Shown here: positions 46,684 to 56,720 of the stretch, piece after piece | Numbering within the stretch: the stretch's first letter is position 1 | Layout: each line of letters opens with the position of its first letter | Source: Thermofilaceae archaeon | GTDB lineage: Archaea; Thermoproteota; Thermoprotei; Thermofilales; Thermofilaceae | Length of the DNA: 64,000 nt | Direction of reading: 5' to 3' | Assembly (NCBI GenBank): GCA_038727095.1 | Contig: JAVYWK010000003.1 | Coordinates: 1-64,000, forward strand | Notes under the pieces: model-generated | Databases searched by the model: none | What the model saw: only the letters and a program-made list of their open reading frames with translations | What the model was told of the DNA's origin: nothing | Made by a program: the position numbers and the translations under genes

Positions 46684-47916
46684 ATGCTCGAGGAGTACGG
46701 GATAAAGACTCTAGATGACGTAGAGGTGGCAGATAAATGGACCTTCGTTAGGGTGGATGTAAACTCGCCGATAGATCCTGCGTCGAAGAAGATACTTGAC
46801 GATAGCAGAATCCGTGAGCACGCGGAGCACACGATCAAGGAGCTGGTTACGAGGAGAGCGAAAGTCGTCATAATCGCCCACCAGGGACGCAAGGGCGACC
46901 CCGATTTCACCAGCCTCAGGGAGCACGCGGAAGTTATGGCAAAGATCCTGGGCGTTAAGGTCCACTTTGTGGACGACATCTTCGGCGATAAAGCGCGCCG
47001 AGCGATCGAAGCCCTTAGGGAGGGCGAAGTGCTCGTTTTAGAGAACGTTAGGATGTGGGACGGCGAGACTAAGAGCGCAAAGGCCGAGGATCATGCGAAA
47101 TCGGAGCTTGTGCGCAATCTCGCTCCTTACGTGGACATCTTCGTGGTTGACGCATTCGCAGCCGCGCATAGGGCTCACGCCTCCCTCGTCGGCTTCATGC
47201 CTGTCGCAAAGCACGTAGTAGCTGGCAGAGTGATGGAGAGAGAGCTGCGAGCCTTAGCTAAGGTGAGGGCGAAGCCGGAGAGGCCTTGCGTATATGTTCT
47301 TGGGGGCGCGAAGGCCGAGGATGCCGCCGACATATCCGAGGCTGTTCTCGGCCAGGGTATTGCAGACTACGTGCTCACAGGAGGTCTTGTAGCAAACCTC
47401 TTCTTAGCGGCCAAGGGCTACAACTTAGGCGCTCCCAACGTTAAGGTTTTAGAAGATAAGGGTTTCATGCCGCTTTTGCCTCGCTTCAAAGAGGCCCTTA
47501 ACAAGTTTGGTGAGAAAATCATACTGCCCGTTGATTTAGCGATCGATGTTAACGGTAAGAGGGAGGAGATCAGCCTCGAGAAACTTCCTACAAGCCACCT
47601 GATAAAGGATGTTGGTTCCGAAACGCTCAAGATTTACGAAAAGGTGATAAAGGGGGCTAAGAGTATCGTAATGAACGGCCCGCTCGGCATTTTCGAGGTT
47701 GACGAGTTTGCCACGGGAACACGTAGGGTGTTCGAGGCCATAGCCGTCTCGAAAGCTTTCAGCGTCATAGGTGGAGGGCACACCATTGCTGCTGCCGCGA
47801 AACTAGGCTTCACTGACAAAGTGTCCCACGTCAGTACCGGCGGCGGAGCTCTAATGGAGTTCCTGAGCAAGGGTACACTGCCCGTAGTAGAGGAGCTCAA
47901 GAGGTTCAGCAAGTAA
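46684..47916 (+). CDS. pgk: Phosphoglycerate kinase
   Basis: RVDVNSP, LENVR, DAFAAAHR, LGGAK and STGGGA motifs. Confidence 0.97.
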   Translation: MLEEYGIKTLDDVEVADKWTFVRVDVNSPIDPASKKILDDSRIREHAEHTIKELVTRRAKVVIIAHQGRKGDPDFTSLREHAEVMAKILGVKVHFVDDIFGDKARRAIEALREGEVLVLENVRMWDGETKSAKAEDHAKSELVRNLAPYVDIFVVDAFAAAHRAHASLVGFMPVAKHVVAGRVMERELRALAKVRAKPERPCVYVLGGAKAEDAADISEAVLGQGIADYVLTGGLVANLFLAAKGYNLGAPNVKVLEDKGFMPLLPRFKEALNKFGEKIILPVDLAIDVNGKREEISLEKLPTSHLIKDVGSETLKIYEKVIKGAKSIVMNGPLGIFEVDEFATGTRRVFEAIAVSKAFSVIGGGHTIAAAAKLGFTDKVSHVSTGGGALMEFLSKGTLPVVEELKRFSK

Positions 47917-47970
47917 AGGGGACGGATCTCTATAGGAAAATTTATTTCCCCTTTATCCCCGTATTCTCTA

Positions 47971-48726
47971 ATGAAGGAGTGGAGTTTTCACGAGTTTAAG
48001 CGCATACCCCGGGCAAACCACCTGATCGTAGGGATGCCCGATGTTGGCCTCGTCGGCCTAATCGCTTTAACACATATCGTGCGATCGCTGAACGCCGAGA
48101 TTATGGCCTACATTGATTCTCCCCACCTCCCTCCCGTGATAATGTACCATGAGGGACGCCCCTACCCTGTCATGAGAATCCACCACTACTCGCTGGATAG
48201 CAACGGCTACCTCATGCTTGTCAGCGATGTACTCATGAACGTAAGGGGTATGCGATCCTTCGCGCAGATGCTCATTGAGTGGGCCCAGAGCAAGGGCATC
48301 GAAAGGGTGTTCCTGCTGGGAGGCGTGCCAACGCCGCAGCGTATGAACTTGGATAAGCCAGCTGTGTACGCAGCTGGTGTGACGGAGAGCGACATCGAAA
48401 TTATCGAGAGAGCTGGTGTGCAGTTGTTCAAGGAGGGCTTCGTGAGCGGCCCATACGCCATGATATTGAAGGAATGCTTCGTTAGGTCGGTTAAGGGCAT
48501 TGCTCTGATGGCGGAGTCATTCCTCAATTACCCCGACCCGGGAGCTGCAGCGGCTGTGGTCTCCACGCTAGCCCCTCTGGCTGGCTTAAGGATCGACGTG
48601 GAGCCGCTACTCAAGCAGGAGGAGGAGATTAGAGTTAGGCTGCGCGAGACCATGAGGAGGACGATGGAAGCCATGAGGGCAAGTGGAAAAACCTATGAGT
48701 ACGCTGTCCCGGCTATGTACATATAG
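47971..48726 (+). CDS. Proteasome assembly chaperone (PAC2) family protein
   Basis: GMPDVGLVG.IA and YPDPGAAA motifs. Confidence 0.88.
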   Translation: MKEWSFHEFKRIPRANHLIVGMPDVGLVGLIALTHIVRSLNAEIMAYIDSPHLPPVIMYHEGRPYPVMRIHHYSLDSNGYLMLVSDVLMNVRGMRSFAQMLIEWAQSKGIERVFLLGGVPTPQRMNLDKPAVYAAGVTESDIEIIERAGVQLFKEGFVSGPYAMILKECFVRSVKGIALMAESFLNYPDPGAAAAVVSTLAPLAGLRIDVEPLLKQEEEIRVRLRETMRRTMEAMRASGKTYEYAVPAMYI

Positions 48727-48741
48727 CGTGGGGTGGTTGCT

Positions 48742-49161
48742 ATGGAAGAGTGGTTTGAAAGGGAGATGAGGGAGCTGAGGAGGGAGATTAGAAGATTCAT
48801 CAAAGAGTTTGAAAACCTCTTCGAACCGGTTTTCGATATTGAACGGGGGGAGGTGGAGCCTTTGCATGAGGTGCATGATGCTGGTGACAAAGTGATCATC
48901 AGGGTTGATCTTCCGAAAGCGGCTAAGGAAAGTGTTGAAGTTCTAAGGATGGGGAACCGGTTGCTCGTGAGAGCTAAGATGAGGGAGCCCGTAAGGCTGT
49001 GCGACGTCCCCTTCTACGCTAGATGCGAAGTTTCAGGCTACAAGCTTGAGCTTGAACTCCCGCCCGACGCGAACCCTGAGGAGATCACAGCCTCATTCAA
49101 AGCTGGCTTCCTCGAGATAATTGTTCCCAAGCAAAAGGTTTACAGAGTTAAGGTAGAGTAG
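48742..49161 (+). CDS. Small heat shock protein (Hsp20)
   Basis: EPL.EV, DLP and A.FK.G.LEI..PK alpha-crystallin motifs. Confidence 0.9.
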   Translation: MEEWFEREMRELRREIRRFIKEFENLFEPVFDIERGEVEPLHEVHDAGDKVIIRVDLPKAAKESVEVLRMGNRLLVRAKMREPVRLCDVPFYARCEVSGYKLELELPPDANPEEITASFKAGFLEIIVPKQKVYRVKVE

Positions 49162-49881
49162 CTACAGAGCACGCAGTGTTTTTATCAGTTCTTCGACGCT
49201 TTCCACCATGCAGACCGCCAGGGGGATGTTCTCCCTCCTAGCTATTTCAACCGCCAGCCTATCAACCTTCTTTACCCCATGCATAACCACTAAAGCAGGC
49301 TTTAACCCGCCCATCCCGGCTTGCATAGCCTTAACGGCTACAATCGGGCTTCTCCCTAAGGTAACTCCCGTGAAGATTGCGGCTCTCTGCGTTGTAGCGC
49401 CGTAAAGCCTGATGTATTCAACAGCTGGAACCTCTACTACAAGCTTCACACTATCCACGACAGTGTAGCCTAGAAGAAGCTCTTTCCCAGTTCCGACTAT
49501 GAGCTCAGCTCCTATCCTCTCGCAGAAGTCCTTGGAGGCTATCGGTTCATCGAATTCCCTCATATCGATAACAGCTTCCCTAAGCTTAGAGGAACCAATC
49601 ATGAGGAGAGATAAGCTGCGTAAAGTGGGTGCCCCCCTCCTCTCATCGATTTCGATTAAACCGGATACGAACCTCTTCAGAAACCTTGTGCCAGGGGATC
49701 TTCTACGGCCGCTCTCGTAATCGCTGAGTACGGATGAGGAAACGCCCATGATCTCCGCCAACTCGGTCTGCGTCACTCGGAACTGCTCGCGCCACTTACG
49801 CATCGATTTACCGGGTGAGGGCGACAGTACAACATCACCGATGATCCTTGCTGCAACCTCCTTCCAGGCTTCCAGGCTCAC
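49162..49881 (-). CDS. XRE-family HTH regulator with conserved archaeal C-terminal domain
   Basis: KWRE.F..TQ.ELA, SDYESGRR.SPG and GRSP.VAVK motifs. Confidence 0.85.
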   Translation of the reverse strand: MSLEAWKEVAARIIGDVVLSPSPGKSMRKWREQFRVTQTELAEIMGVSSSVLSDYESGRRRSPGTRFLKRFVSGLIEIDERRGAPTLRSLSLLMIGSSKLREAVIDMREFDEPIASKDFCERIGAELIVGTGKELLLGYTVVDSVKLVVEVPAVEYIRLYGATTQRAAIFTGVTLGRSPIVAVKAMQAGMGGLKPALVVMHGVKKVDRLAVEIARRENIPLAVCMVESVEELIKTLRAL

Positions 49882-49933
49882 GGGAGCATCTTCCAGCAGC
49901 AGCTATTTAAGGGGTGCGCATCTCAAAATGTTC

Positions 49934-49996
49934 GGGCCGTTGTGATGATGCTCGAAAGGTATGAAGAATGATGCTCCCGGGCAAGTCTGATGGCCC
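49934..49996 (+). ncRNA. C/D box methylation guide sRNA
   Basis: GGGCC stem, GTGATGA, 12-nt guide, ATGA (D'), ATGATGC (C'), TCCCGGGCAAGT, CTGA, GGCCC stem. Confidence 0.8.
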
Positions 49997-50067
49997 AACG
50001 GGTTTAGCAATCGCTTCCTGGTGATTTAGTGACAAAGTTTTAATGCCCGCTTTCCGGGAGAGGCACG

Positions 50068-51096
50068 ATGAAATACAGACTAGCCATTAACGGGTTTGGA
50101 AGAATAGGGAGGCTGTTCTTCCGCGCGGCGTTGAAAAACCCGAAGTTCTTCGACACGTATGAGGTCGTAGCCATAAACGACATCGGTTCCCCGAAGATGC
50201 TCGCATACTTGCTGAAGTACGACTCAACTTTTGGAAAGCTTCCAAACGAAGTTGAGGCAAAAGATAATAAGATCATCGTCGATGGTAAAGAGCTTCTCGT
50301 CCTTAATGAGCCGAACCCCGAAAAGCTACCTTGGAAGGACTTAGGCATCGATGTTGCGATGGAGTCTACCGGTAGGTTCACGGACAGAGAGAAAGCGGCT
50401 CTTCACATAAAAGCTGGAGCAAAGAAGGTGCTTGTGACAGCGCCTTCCAAGGGTGCAGACGTGACGATCGTTATGGGCGTAAACCACGACATGTATGATC
50501 CGAAGAAGCACGAGGTTATCTCCAATGCTTCCTGCACTACTAACTGCCTTGCCCCGGTAGCTTACGTGCTCCTAAAGAAGTTCGGGGTGCAGTGGGGCTT
50601 CATGACCACTGTTCACGCGTATACTAACGACCAGCGCGTGCTCGACTTAATACATCCCGAGGACTTCAGGAGAGCGAGGGCAGCCGCTATGAACATCATC
50701 CCAACGACTACTGGTGCTGCTAGGGCCATCCACCTGGTCATACCAGAGCTAAAGGGCAAGATGGATGGCATGGCGATGCGAGTACCAGTGCCAAACGTGT
50801 CCGTCGTCGACCTCGTGGCCCTCCTCGACAAGGAGGTCACAAAGGAGGAAATGGATGCTGCCTTCAAAGAGGCCTCGGAAACCTACCTGAAGGGGATCCT
50901 CGAGTACGTGGATGAACCGATAGTCTCCTCCGACATACTGGGCAACCCGCACTCCGCGATCTACGACGCTCAGGCGAGCATGGTGCTCGGCGGCAAGAGC
51001 AACAAGGTGAAGGCTATCGCCTGGTACGACAACGAGTGGGGCTTCAGCTGCAGGCTCGTAGACTTGCTGCTCCACATAGCTAGCAAAGGTATCTAA
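50068..51096 (+). CDS. gap: Class I (bacterial-type) glyceraldehyde-3-phosphate dehydrogenase
   Basis: AINGFGRIGR, ESTGRF, SNASCTTNCLAP, NIIPTTTGAA and WYDNEWG motifs. Confidence 0.95.
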   Translation: MKYRLAINGFGRIGRLFFRAALKNPKFFDTYEVVAINDIGSPKMLAYLLKYDSTFGKLPNEVEAKDNKIIVDGKELLVLNEPNPEKLPWKDLGIDVAMESTGRFTDREKAALHIKAGAKKVLVTAPSKGADVTIVMGVNHDMYDPKKHEVISNASCTTNCLAPVAYVLLKKFGVQWGFMTTVHAYTNDQRVLDLIHPEDFRRARAAAMNIIPTTTGAARAIHLVIPELKGKMDGMAMRVPVPNVSVVDLVALLDKEVTKEEMDAAFKEASETYLKGILEYVDEPIVSSDILGNPHSAIYDAQASMVLGGKSNKVKAIAWYDNEWGFSCRLVDLLLHIASKGI

Positions 51097-51120
51097 AGCG
51101 CACTCTAAATCAACTCCCAC

Positions 51121-51378
51121 CTACTTTTTGTATACGGTTTCCCCTGTTGCTAGATTCTTCACCATTACAACTCGATGAAAAGGAACGTAGACCAGTTTAG
51201 CTCCGAGGCGTACCTCGAAACCTCTTAGGTACACTTTTTCTACCGCGCTTCCACGTACTGTCTCAACACCGCAACAAGACCCACGGGAAGTAAACGAGAT
51301 TACGAAATCGTCAGCGTTAATGTTAGGGTTCCAGCGGAGCCCGAGGAGCAGGTTTCTAAGCGGGTTTGCCCTCGACAA
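51121..51378 (-). CDS. DUF504-like small protein
   Basis: LRW.P ... VPFHRV motif. Confidence 0.65.
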   Translation of the reverse strand: MSRANPLRNLLLGLRWNPNINADDFVISFTSRGSCCGVETVRGSAVEKVYLRGFEVRLGAKLVYVPFHRVVMVKNLATGETVYKK

Positions 51379-52573
51379 TTTCTATCCTCCTCCTGTACAC
51401 GGTCTCGAGCATTGCTTTAAACCGTCTTTTCCTCCTCAAATTCCTTAAAGCTTGCCTTGCATCATCAACCGCGATCAATAGGCTATAGCCGCGCTCTTCT
51501 ACTCTACGTGCATCGACGTTCAAGAACTCTTTAACCGCCCACTTCACCTCATCGCAATCCAATTCCACTTTAACACTTCTACAATCGACGGGGCACCCTG
51601 CGCAGAAGCGCCCATCGATGAAGTCGAGCCCTGCACATGGTATTCGATTGCCAGTCCTCAGGTACACGTTAAGCGTGTTAGCGCAGCATGCACTGTAAAG
51701 CGGAATAATCCCAAGAGTTTTCGCCTCCTCTGCAAGCCTCCTCTTAACGTCATTCATGGGTACGCTAAGCTGAGCCCTGCCTTCGGGCGGACGCCTGAGC
51801 CTGGACAGTATTCGATCTACGCCAATCCCCGATTTTTTCAGCCTCACAATGGTGCTCGCTGTAACTCTAAGGCTGCCCAACACGGTGGCAACCGCCCCCC
51901 GCTTTTTCGCCTCCCGCATCACCTCGATAACCTCCTCCTCTAGGCCTGGGATCAGTGGGCGCAGAGAAAGCATCGGGAAGAGCCTCGCCTTCCGTAGGAT
52001 GAAGATGGATTCAAGCCTACTCTCCGGGTTAGGCGCAGCGGGCTCAAGTTTGCTCCAGTTCTTTAGAGCGATTATCGTCACCAACGGGTTTATGGGAGCC
52101 CCCGAGACTCCGCCAAGCCTCTGGGCCACTTCCTCGCTCACCACGGCCTTCGTCGATAGCTGGAGAGGGTTGTGCAAGTGCCTGGCGAAGGCCTCCACGT
52201 ACTCGAGAGTCCTCCACGCACCAACTGGGTGCAGAGGTTCGCCGAGGCTACCCAATGCAATGTATGTTCCGTGTAGGCCGGGAAGGAAGAAGGGGTTGGA
52301 AACTAGGGCCAAGACCATCTCCTCCCCGCTCAAAGCGTAGGGTTGAGCCCGGGCGAAGCTCACCCCCATGTCGGGTAGGTAGCAGTAAACGCATTGGAAC
52401 GTACACCCCAAAACGCTGTGCACTGTAGCCCCGCAGTGAACGGGGTACTTCTTTGCGTGGTAGTCGCTTCTCGCTCTTTCAGACCTCTCGTAGCCCAGCT
52501 TACTGGAGAGCTCCTCCTCCAACTTCATCTTGTCGTAGAGAAGGTTGCGGATCGAAAGCTTAACAGTGCTCAA
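51356..52573 (-). CDS. Radical SAM protein (SPL-like)
   Basis: GC.FQC.YCY motif, STK, RPLIPG. Confidence 0.85.
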   Translation of the reverse strand: MSTVKLSIRNLLYDKMKLEEELSSKLGYERSERARSDYHAKKYPVHCGATVHSVLGCTFQCVYCYLPDMGVSFARAQPYALSGEEMVLALVSNPFFLPGLHGTYIALGSLGEPLHPVGAWRTLEYVEAFARHLHNPLQLSTKAVVSEEVAQRLGGVSGAPINPLVTIIALKNWSKLEPAAPNPESRLESIFILRKARLFPMLSLRPLIPGLEEEVIEVMREAKKRGAVATVLGSLRVTASTIVRLKKSGIGVDRILSRLRRPPEGRAQLSVPMNDVKRRLAEEAKTLGIIPLYSACCANTLNVYLRTGNRIPCAGLDFIDGRFCAGCPVDCRSVKVELDCDEVKWAVKEFLNVDARRVEERGYSLLIAVDDARQALRNLRRKRRFKAMLETVYRRRIEIVEGKPA

Positions 52574-52588
52574 GCCAAAAGCACCGGA

Positions 52589-54403
52589 TTAGTAACCGGG
52601 CCTCTGAGACAGCCTCACCGGAATCATCATTGGAGCTCGGGGGTACCCCTCCAGCTTCTCCTCCAACTCCTGTACCAGCTTATCGAGCCCCATCTCCTCT
52701 ATCCCGCCGGATCGCCTTCGGACGTTCAGCACTCCTTTTTCAACTTCCTTCGCCCCGACTACGACAATGTAAGGAATCCACTTAACTTCAGCATCCCTAA
52801 TCTTCTTTGATAGACTCTCGTCCCTATCGTCGACGTCGGCCCGTATCGCAAGCGAGTTCAGCTTCTCTGCAACTTCGAGTGCGTACCCCGTGTAATCGGA
52901 GGATACGGGAATCACGCGAACCTGGACGGGGGAGAGCCATAGGGGGAGTGACGGCTTTCCTCCCTTAGCCTCCTCCGCAGCTGCTGTATCGAAGAGCAGG
53001 TAGAGGTAGCGCTCAAGCGACCCGATGATCGCCGTGTGGATGATGACTGGGTACCTTTTAGCCCCGTTTTCATCAGTGTACGTGATCCCAAACCTCTCCG
53101 CGTTGCCCACGTCGATCTGGAAGGTCCCGATCTCGCGGGGCCTGCCCAGCTGGTCTATCACGTTATACTCCACGTTGATCACCCAGTAGTACTTACCCTC
53201 AGGAACGAAGTGCAGGAGAGCTGGCTTCCCCTCCCGCGCTACAAGTTCGGCCAAGTAATCCTGGTTTTCGACCGCGAAGCTGCGCGTCAGATTGTATATG
53301 GAGACGTAGTCTCTACCCACCTTCCTGATCTCTTCGTAGATCTTCTCATGAACTTTGAGAGAGAGGCGCTTAGCCTCCTCCAAGTCGCGGGTTAAGATGT
53401 GTAGGTCCGGCATCAAGAACTTGCGCAACCTGAAGCAGAGGGTGAGCTCGCCCGGCTGCTCGAGCCTGTAGCTGTCGGCCACCTCGAATACCCCGAAGGG
53501 GAGGTGCCTGTAGCTGATGTTCCAGTCCTTCAGCATTGCGAACTGCTGGTGGCAGGCCGCGTACCTCAACACGAACTTCTTCTGCCCGACTTCCACAGTG
53601 TAGAGCCGGTCTCCGAAGAGGTCGGCGTGCTGCTTAACAGCGGGAACGCTTAGATCGAACATGTTCGTACCTTTAACCTTGAAGATTGGTAGACCCAGCG
53701 AGAGGGCGCAACCCCAAGCGTACTCTGATAGCAGGTCTATCATGATCGAGGCTTCAGGGCCGTACCTCATGTGACCCTGATCCGAATATGACTCCCACTC
53801 GATCCCGAACTTCCTGCAGTAGTCCAAGTACCGGGGCTCACCCCCAGCGCCACCCTCACCGTAAACCTCCCTGCGCACGAGTTGCTTGAAGTCTTCCAGT
53901 GCCGAACTTAAATCGAACTCGCGCAGAGGGACTATAGTACCCTCCGGCGTTAAAACCGCGTACTCCTCAGCGGCCTCAGCGGGCCTTATAGTCCTGGAGA
54001 GCTCAGCGAGGGGATGCCCCACGCAGGATATGGTAAAGCGCTTGTACCACCCGAAGGGGGCCCTCACAACCTCGAAACCGCGCCCCTCGAGAGCGGAGGA
54101 TAGCTCCCTTAAAGCCTTTACCGCTACAGCGGGCTTCGCCAGATCGCTCGAAAGGTGCGCATAGGGGTAAACCACAACCCTTTTTACGGCGAGCTTCTGG
54201 GACACGCTCTCGATCTCCTCAGCGGCCTTAGAGACTACCCAAGCCAAATTGGCCTCGTCAACCCCCTCAACAGTGACGAAGCAGACGAGCGCGTTCTCAA
54301 CGCTCCCCCTCCCGCCGTTCTCGCTCAGCTCCTCTGCCTCCTCCAGCGCTCTCTGTCGAGCTTCGTACTCGAAACGCTCAGCGTGTATCAGCAGTAGCTT
54401 CAA
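52589..54403 (-). CDS. thrS: Threonyl-tRNA synthetase (archaeal, with N-terminal editing domain)
   Basis: LLLIHA, YPYAHLS, APFGWYK, GHPLAELSR, LRYAAC and IIH.AIIGS.ER motifs. Confidence 0.96.
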   Translation of the reverse strand: MKLLLIHAERFEYEARQRALEEAEELSENGGRGSVENALVCFVTVEGVDEANLAWVVSKAAEEIESVSQKLAVKRVVVYPYAHLSSDLAKPAVAVKALRELSSALEGRGFEVVRAPFGWYKRFTISCVGHPLAELSRTIRPAEAAEEYAVLTPEGTIVPLREFDLSSALEDFKQLVRREVYGEGGAGGEPRYLDYCRKFGIEWESYSDQGHMRYGPEASIMIDLLSEYAWGCALSLGLPIFKVKGTNMFDLSVPAVKQHADLFGDRLYTVEVGQKKFVLRYAACHQQFAMLKDWNISYRHLPFGVFEVADSYRLEQPGELTLCFRLRKFLMPDLHILTRDLEEAKRLSLKVHEKIYEEIRKVGRDYVSIYNLTRSFAVENQDYLAELVAREGKPALLHFVPEGKYYWVINVEYNVIDQLGRPREIGTFQIDVGNAERFGITYTDENGAKRYPVIIHTAIIGSLERYLYLLFDTAAAEEAKGGKPSLPLWLSPVQVRVIPVSSDYTGYALEVAEKLNSLAIRADVDDRDESLSKKIRDAEVKWIPYIVVVGAKEVEKGVLNVRRRSGGIEEMGLDKLVQELEEKLEGYPRAPMMIPVRLSQRPGY

Positions 54404-54406
54404 AAC

Positions 54407-54724
54407 CTACACCTCACCCTCGTAGTCAAGCCCCACCCTCTTAAGCTTCCTCCGGAGATCCGCGTACCTCGTCTCCATTTTCGCAGCCTCCTCATCGATC
54501 GGCGGCTTCCTGTCCTTTCTCTCGATCATGAGGCTACAGGTTCCGTCAGGCAGCAGAGCATGCCTAATGCAGACGGCAAACTGGCACCTCCAACCGATAC
54601 ACCTATCGCCAGTCCACTCACAGAGTGCCTCCAACCGATCCCTCCTCCTCCTAATAACGAGAGAGTTCTTAGTGCACTTGAAAGCCCGGAAGGGGCATTG
54701 GGGGGTGCACTCCGTTGAAAACAC
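54407..54724 (-). CDS. Cys-rich hypothetical protein
   Basis: C.W.GD.C.G..CQFA.C..HALLPDG.C pattern; operonic with thrS. Confidence 0.65.
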   Translation of the reverse strand: MFSTECTPQCPFRAFKCTKNSLVIRRRRDRLEALCEWTGDRCIGWRCQFAVCIRHALLPDGTCSLMIERKDRKPPIDEEAAKMETRYADLRRKLKRVGLDYEGEV

Positions 54725-54762
54725 TCGCCCCCACCTCTCCTGTTACAGCCACTCCTCCTGCT

Positions 54763-55707
54763 TCATCTGTTAAAACTTTCGCTCAGAGAGCACAGTAGGG
54801 AGGCAAGTTCGGCGAACCCTCTCGCTTCGAGGAACTCCAGCGCCTCGGCCAGCGTGGGTCCGGACTGAGCACCACGCCGGGCGACTTTTATCGCGGCGCA
54901 CGCGTTTGCGAACGTCAAAGCGTCGCTGCACTCCAGCCCCAGTAACACGGCCAATGTGAACGCTGCGTCGAAGACGTCGCCCGCGCCCGTAGTGTCTACA
55001 GCAGCAACCCTAAACGCTTCAGCCTCGCAAAACGCCCCTCTAACCCAAGCCATCGAGCCTCGCGAACCCCTCTTCACAACGACTATCGGAATTATACGCC
55101 TTAGCACCTCCAACTCGTTTCCAGCACCGCTGCTGGCCAATACTGATGCTTCGACCTCGTTCAGGAAGAAGATGTCGACTAGTTTCACGGCTTCGAGGAT
55201 CCTATCGAAGCCTGATCTTACATACGTCCCTCCCGGATCGTACGAAACGCGGGCCCCTGCCATCTTCGCCTCGCTGAAGACTTCAGCGGCTAGGTCCGGC
55301 GCTACAGACGCTGCGTGAACCCAATCTGAGGGCGGGAGGCGCCCTTCCCTGACCGCTTTTCGGAGATAGGCGTTGGCCCCCTTGTGGATAATCATCGTGC
55401 GCTCCCCCTTTGAGTCTACGATCACGATGGCGGTGCCGGTCTGCCCTTCCACGCGCTTGACGCAGGAAGTGTCAACTCCAGCCCCCTCTAAGAGCTTCAG
55501 GAGCCGTTCGCCCTCTTCGTCGCTACCCACGCAACCGTAGAGCACCGCTCTCGCTCCCAGCTTTGCAGCCGCGACTGCGTAATTGGCTGCGGCGCCTCCA
55601 GGGCTCCTCGCGATGGCCTTAGCCTCCACTCTCCCACCCGCTTCCGGAAACTCGTCAACGTACACGAGCAGGTCGATGTTGACGTTGCCAACCGATACCA
55701 CTCTCAC
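54763..55707 (-). CDS. PfkB family carbohydrate kinase
   Basis: GGAAAN.A, G.VG.D and VDTTGAGD.F motifs. Confidence 0.92.
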   Translation of the reverse strand: MRVVSVGNVNIDLLVYVDEFPEAGGRVEAKAIARSPGGAAANYAVAAAKLGARAVLYGCVGSDEEGERLLKLLEGAGVDTSCVKRVEGQTGTAIVIVDSKGERTMIIHKGANAYLRKAVREGRLPPSDWVHAASVAPDLAAEVFSEAKMAGARVSYDPGGTYVRSGFDRILEAVKLVDIFFLNEVEASVLASSGAGNELEVLRRIIPIVVVKRGSRGSMAWVRGAFCEAEAFRVAAVDTTGAGDVFDAAFTLAVLLGLECSDALTFANACAAIKVARRGAQSGPTLAEALEFLEARGFAELASLLCSLSESFNR

Positions 55708-55788
55708 GCGTCAATCAGGCTGAGGGCGGTATTTACGCTTGCCCGCCTAGAGCTCAGTTTTTATACTCGGTGAGCGCATGAAGGATCC

Positions 55789-56361
55789 GTGGAGGACCAG
55801 CGTCTAAGGCGTCTAGCTGAGGCAAAGTCCTACCTCCAAAGGAGGATCGAGGAGCTGGAGGGGGAGCTCGAGCTGCTCAAGCTTCTAGTAAACATCGTTG
55901 ACGCGGCACTCTCTCAGGAGAGCTTCGTGCGAGCCTCCGAGCTCCCACGCGAAGCGCCAGCCGGCTACGAGGCCCCAACCCGCCCGGAGCCCTCTGGTAT
56001 GGGTTCGCTGGTCTCGGAGTCGTCGATCGTGTCGAGAGAAGGGCGTGAAATGGCGAAGTTCTCGGTGTACGAGAGGGGCATCGTGGTAAAACCCGTAATA
56101 GAGCTACCGCTGGATTCACCGCCCCTGAGGAGCTTCTTCGTCGCGAAGATCCTCGACGGGTACAAGAAGAAGGATGAGGACCTCGTCCGAGCGGGGGAGC
56201 TGGATAGTGAGGAGGCATTCGATTACGGGATCGAGGAGGAGGGCGGACTCGTAAAGGAGATCAGAATCAGGAACTACAGGGATAAGAGGAGGCTTGACGA
56301 GATCAGGAGCGCGCTCCGCTGGACCCTAAACAGGGTGCTGGAGAGAACGACCGGCTCCTAA
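55789..56361 (+). CDS. Hypothetical protein (N-terminal coiled coil)
   Basis: 190-aa ORF. Its stop codon is supplied by the second unit of the 32-bp duplication. Confidence 0.7.
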   Translation: MEDQRLRRLAEAKSYLQRRIEELEGELELLKLLVNIVDAALSQESFVRASELPREAPAGYEAPTRPEPSGMGSLVSESSIVSREGREMAKFSVYERGIVVKPVIELPLDSPPLRSFFVAKILDGYKKKDEDLVRAGELDSEEAFDYGIEEEGGLVKEIRIRNYRDKRRLDEIRSALRWTLNRVLERTTGS

Positions 56362-56391
56362 ACAGGGTGCTGGAGAGAATGACCGGCTCCT
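56325..56391. repeat. 32-bp tandem duplication (one mismatch) abutting the element 2 right end
   Basis: CCTAAACAGGGTGCTGGAGAGAA(C/T)GACCGGCT at 56325-56356 and 56357-56388, then CCT. Confidence 0.95.
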
Positions 56392-56393
56392 CG

Positions 56394-56720
56394 GTTCCGC
56401 GCCGGGTCACTCCCCCCTTCATTGGCTTTGGCCTCTGAGGGCCCGCCCCCCGGCCTCCCCAGCCCCGATTTGGGGCCGTGGATGGCCGGAGCGGGCGTCA
56501 TGGGGTCGGCCGCTTATGGCGGCCTACTCGCCCGCCTCCCGGCGCACCGTCACCGGTGCGCCGAACGGCGGGGTCGGTAGGCCCCTCGGTTGGCGCGCGG
56601 AAGCGCCCGGGCACAGCGCCGAGCGCCTGGAGGCGCCCAGCGGCGTCCCGGGAACGGGGCCCGGAAAGGGGTTCAGGATGCGGGGAACCCGGGGGGCCTA
56701 GGCCCCAGGGGTTCTTCGCG
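56394..56720 (-). ncRNA. Putative omegaRNA/reRNA scaffold of element 2
   Basis: GC-rich noncoding tract after the stop codon. Hairpin GGCGCACCG-GTGA-CGGTGCGCC (56541-56562), shared CCCATGAC and AAGGGGG motifs, end GGCGCGGAAC. Confidence 0.65.

Noticed and set aside
15364-52573. RiPP cluster from the SagB-like, PqqD-like and radical SAM genes
   Set aside because: The genes are about 16-19 kb apart among housekeeping genes, with no YcaO or precursor peptide.
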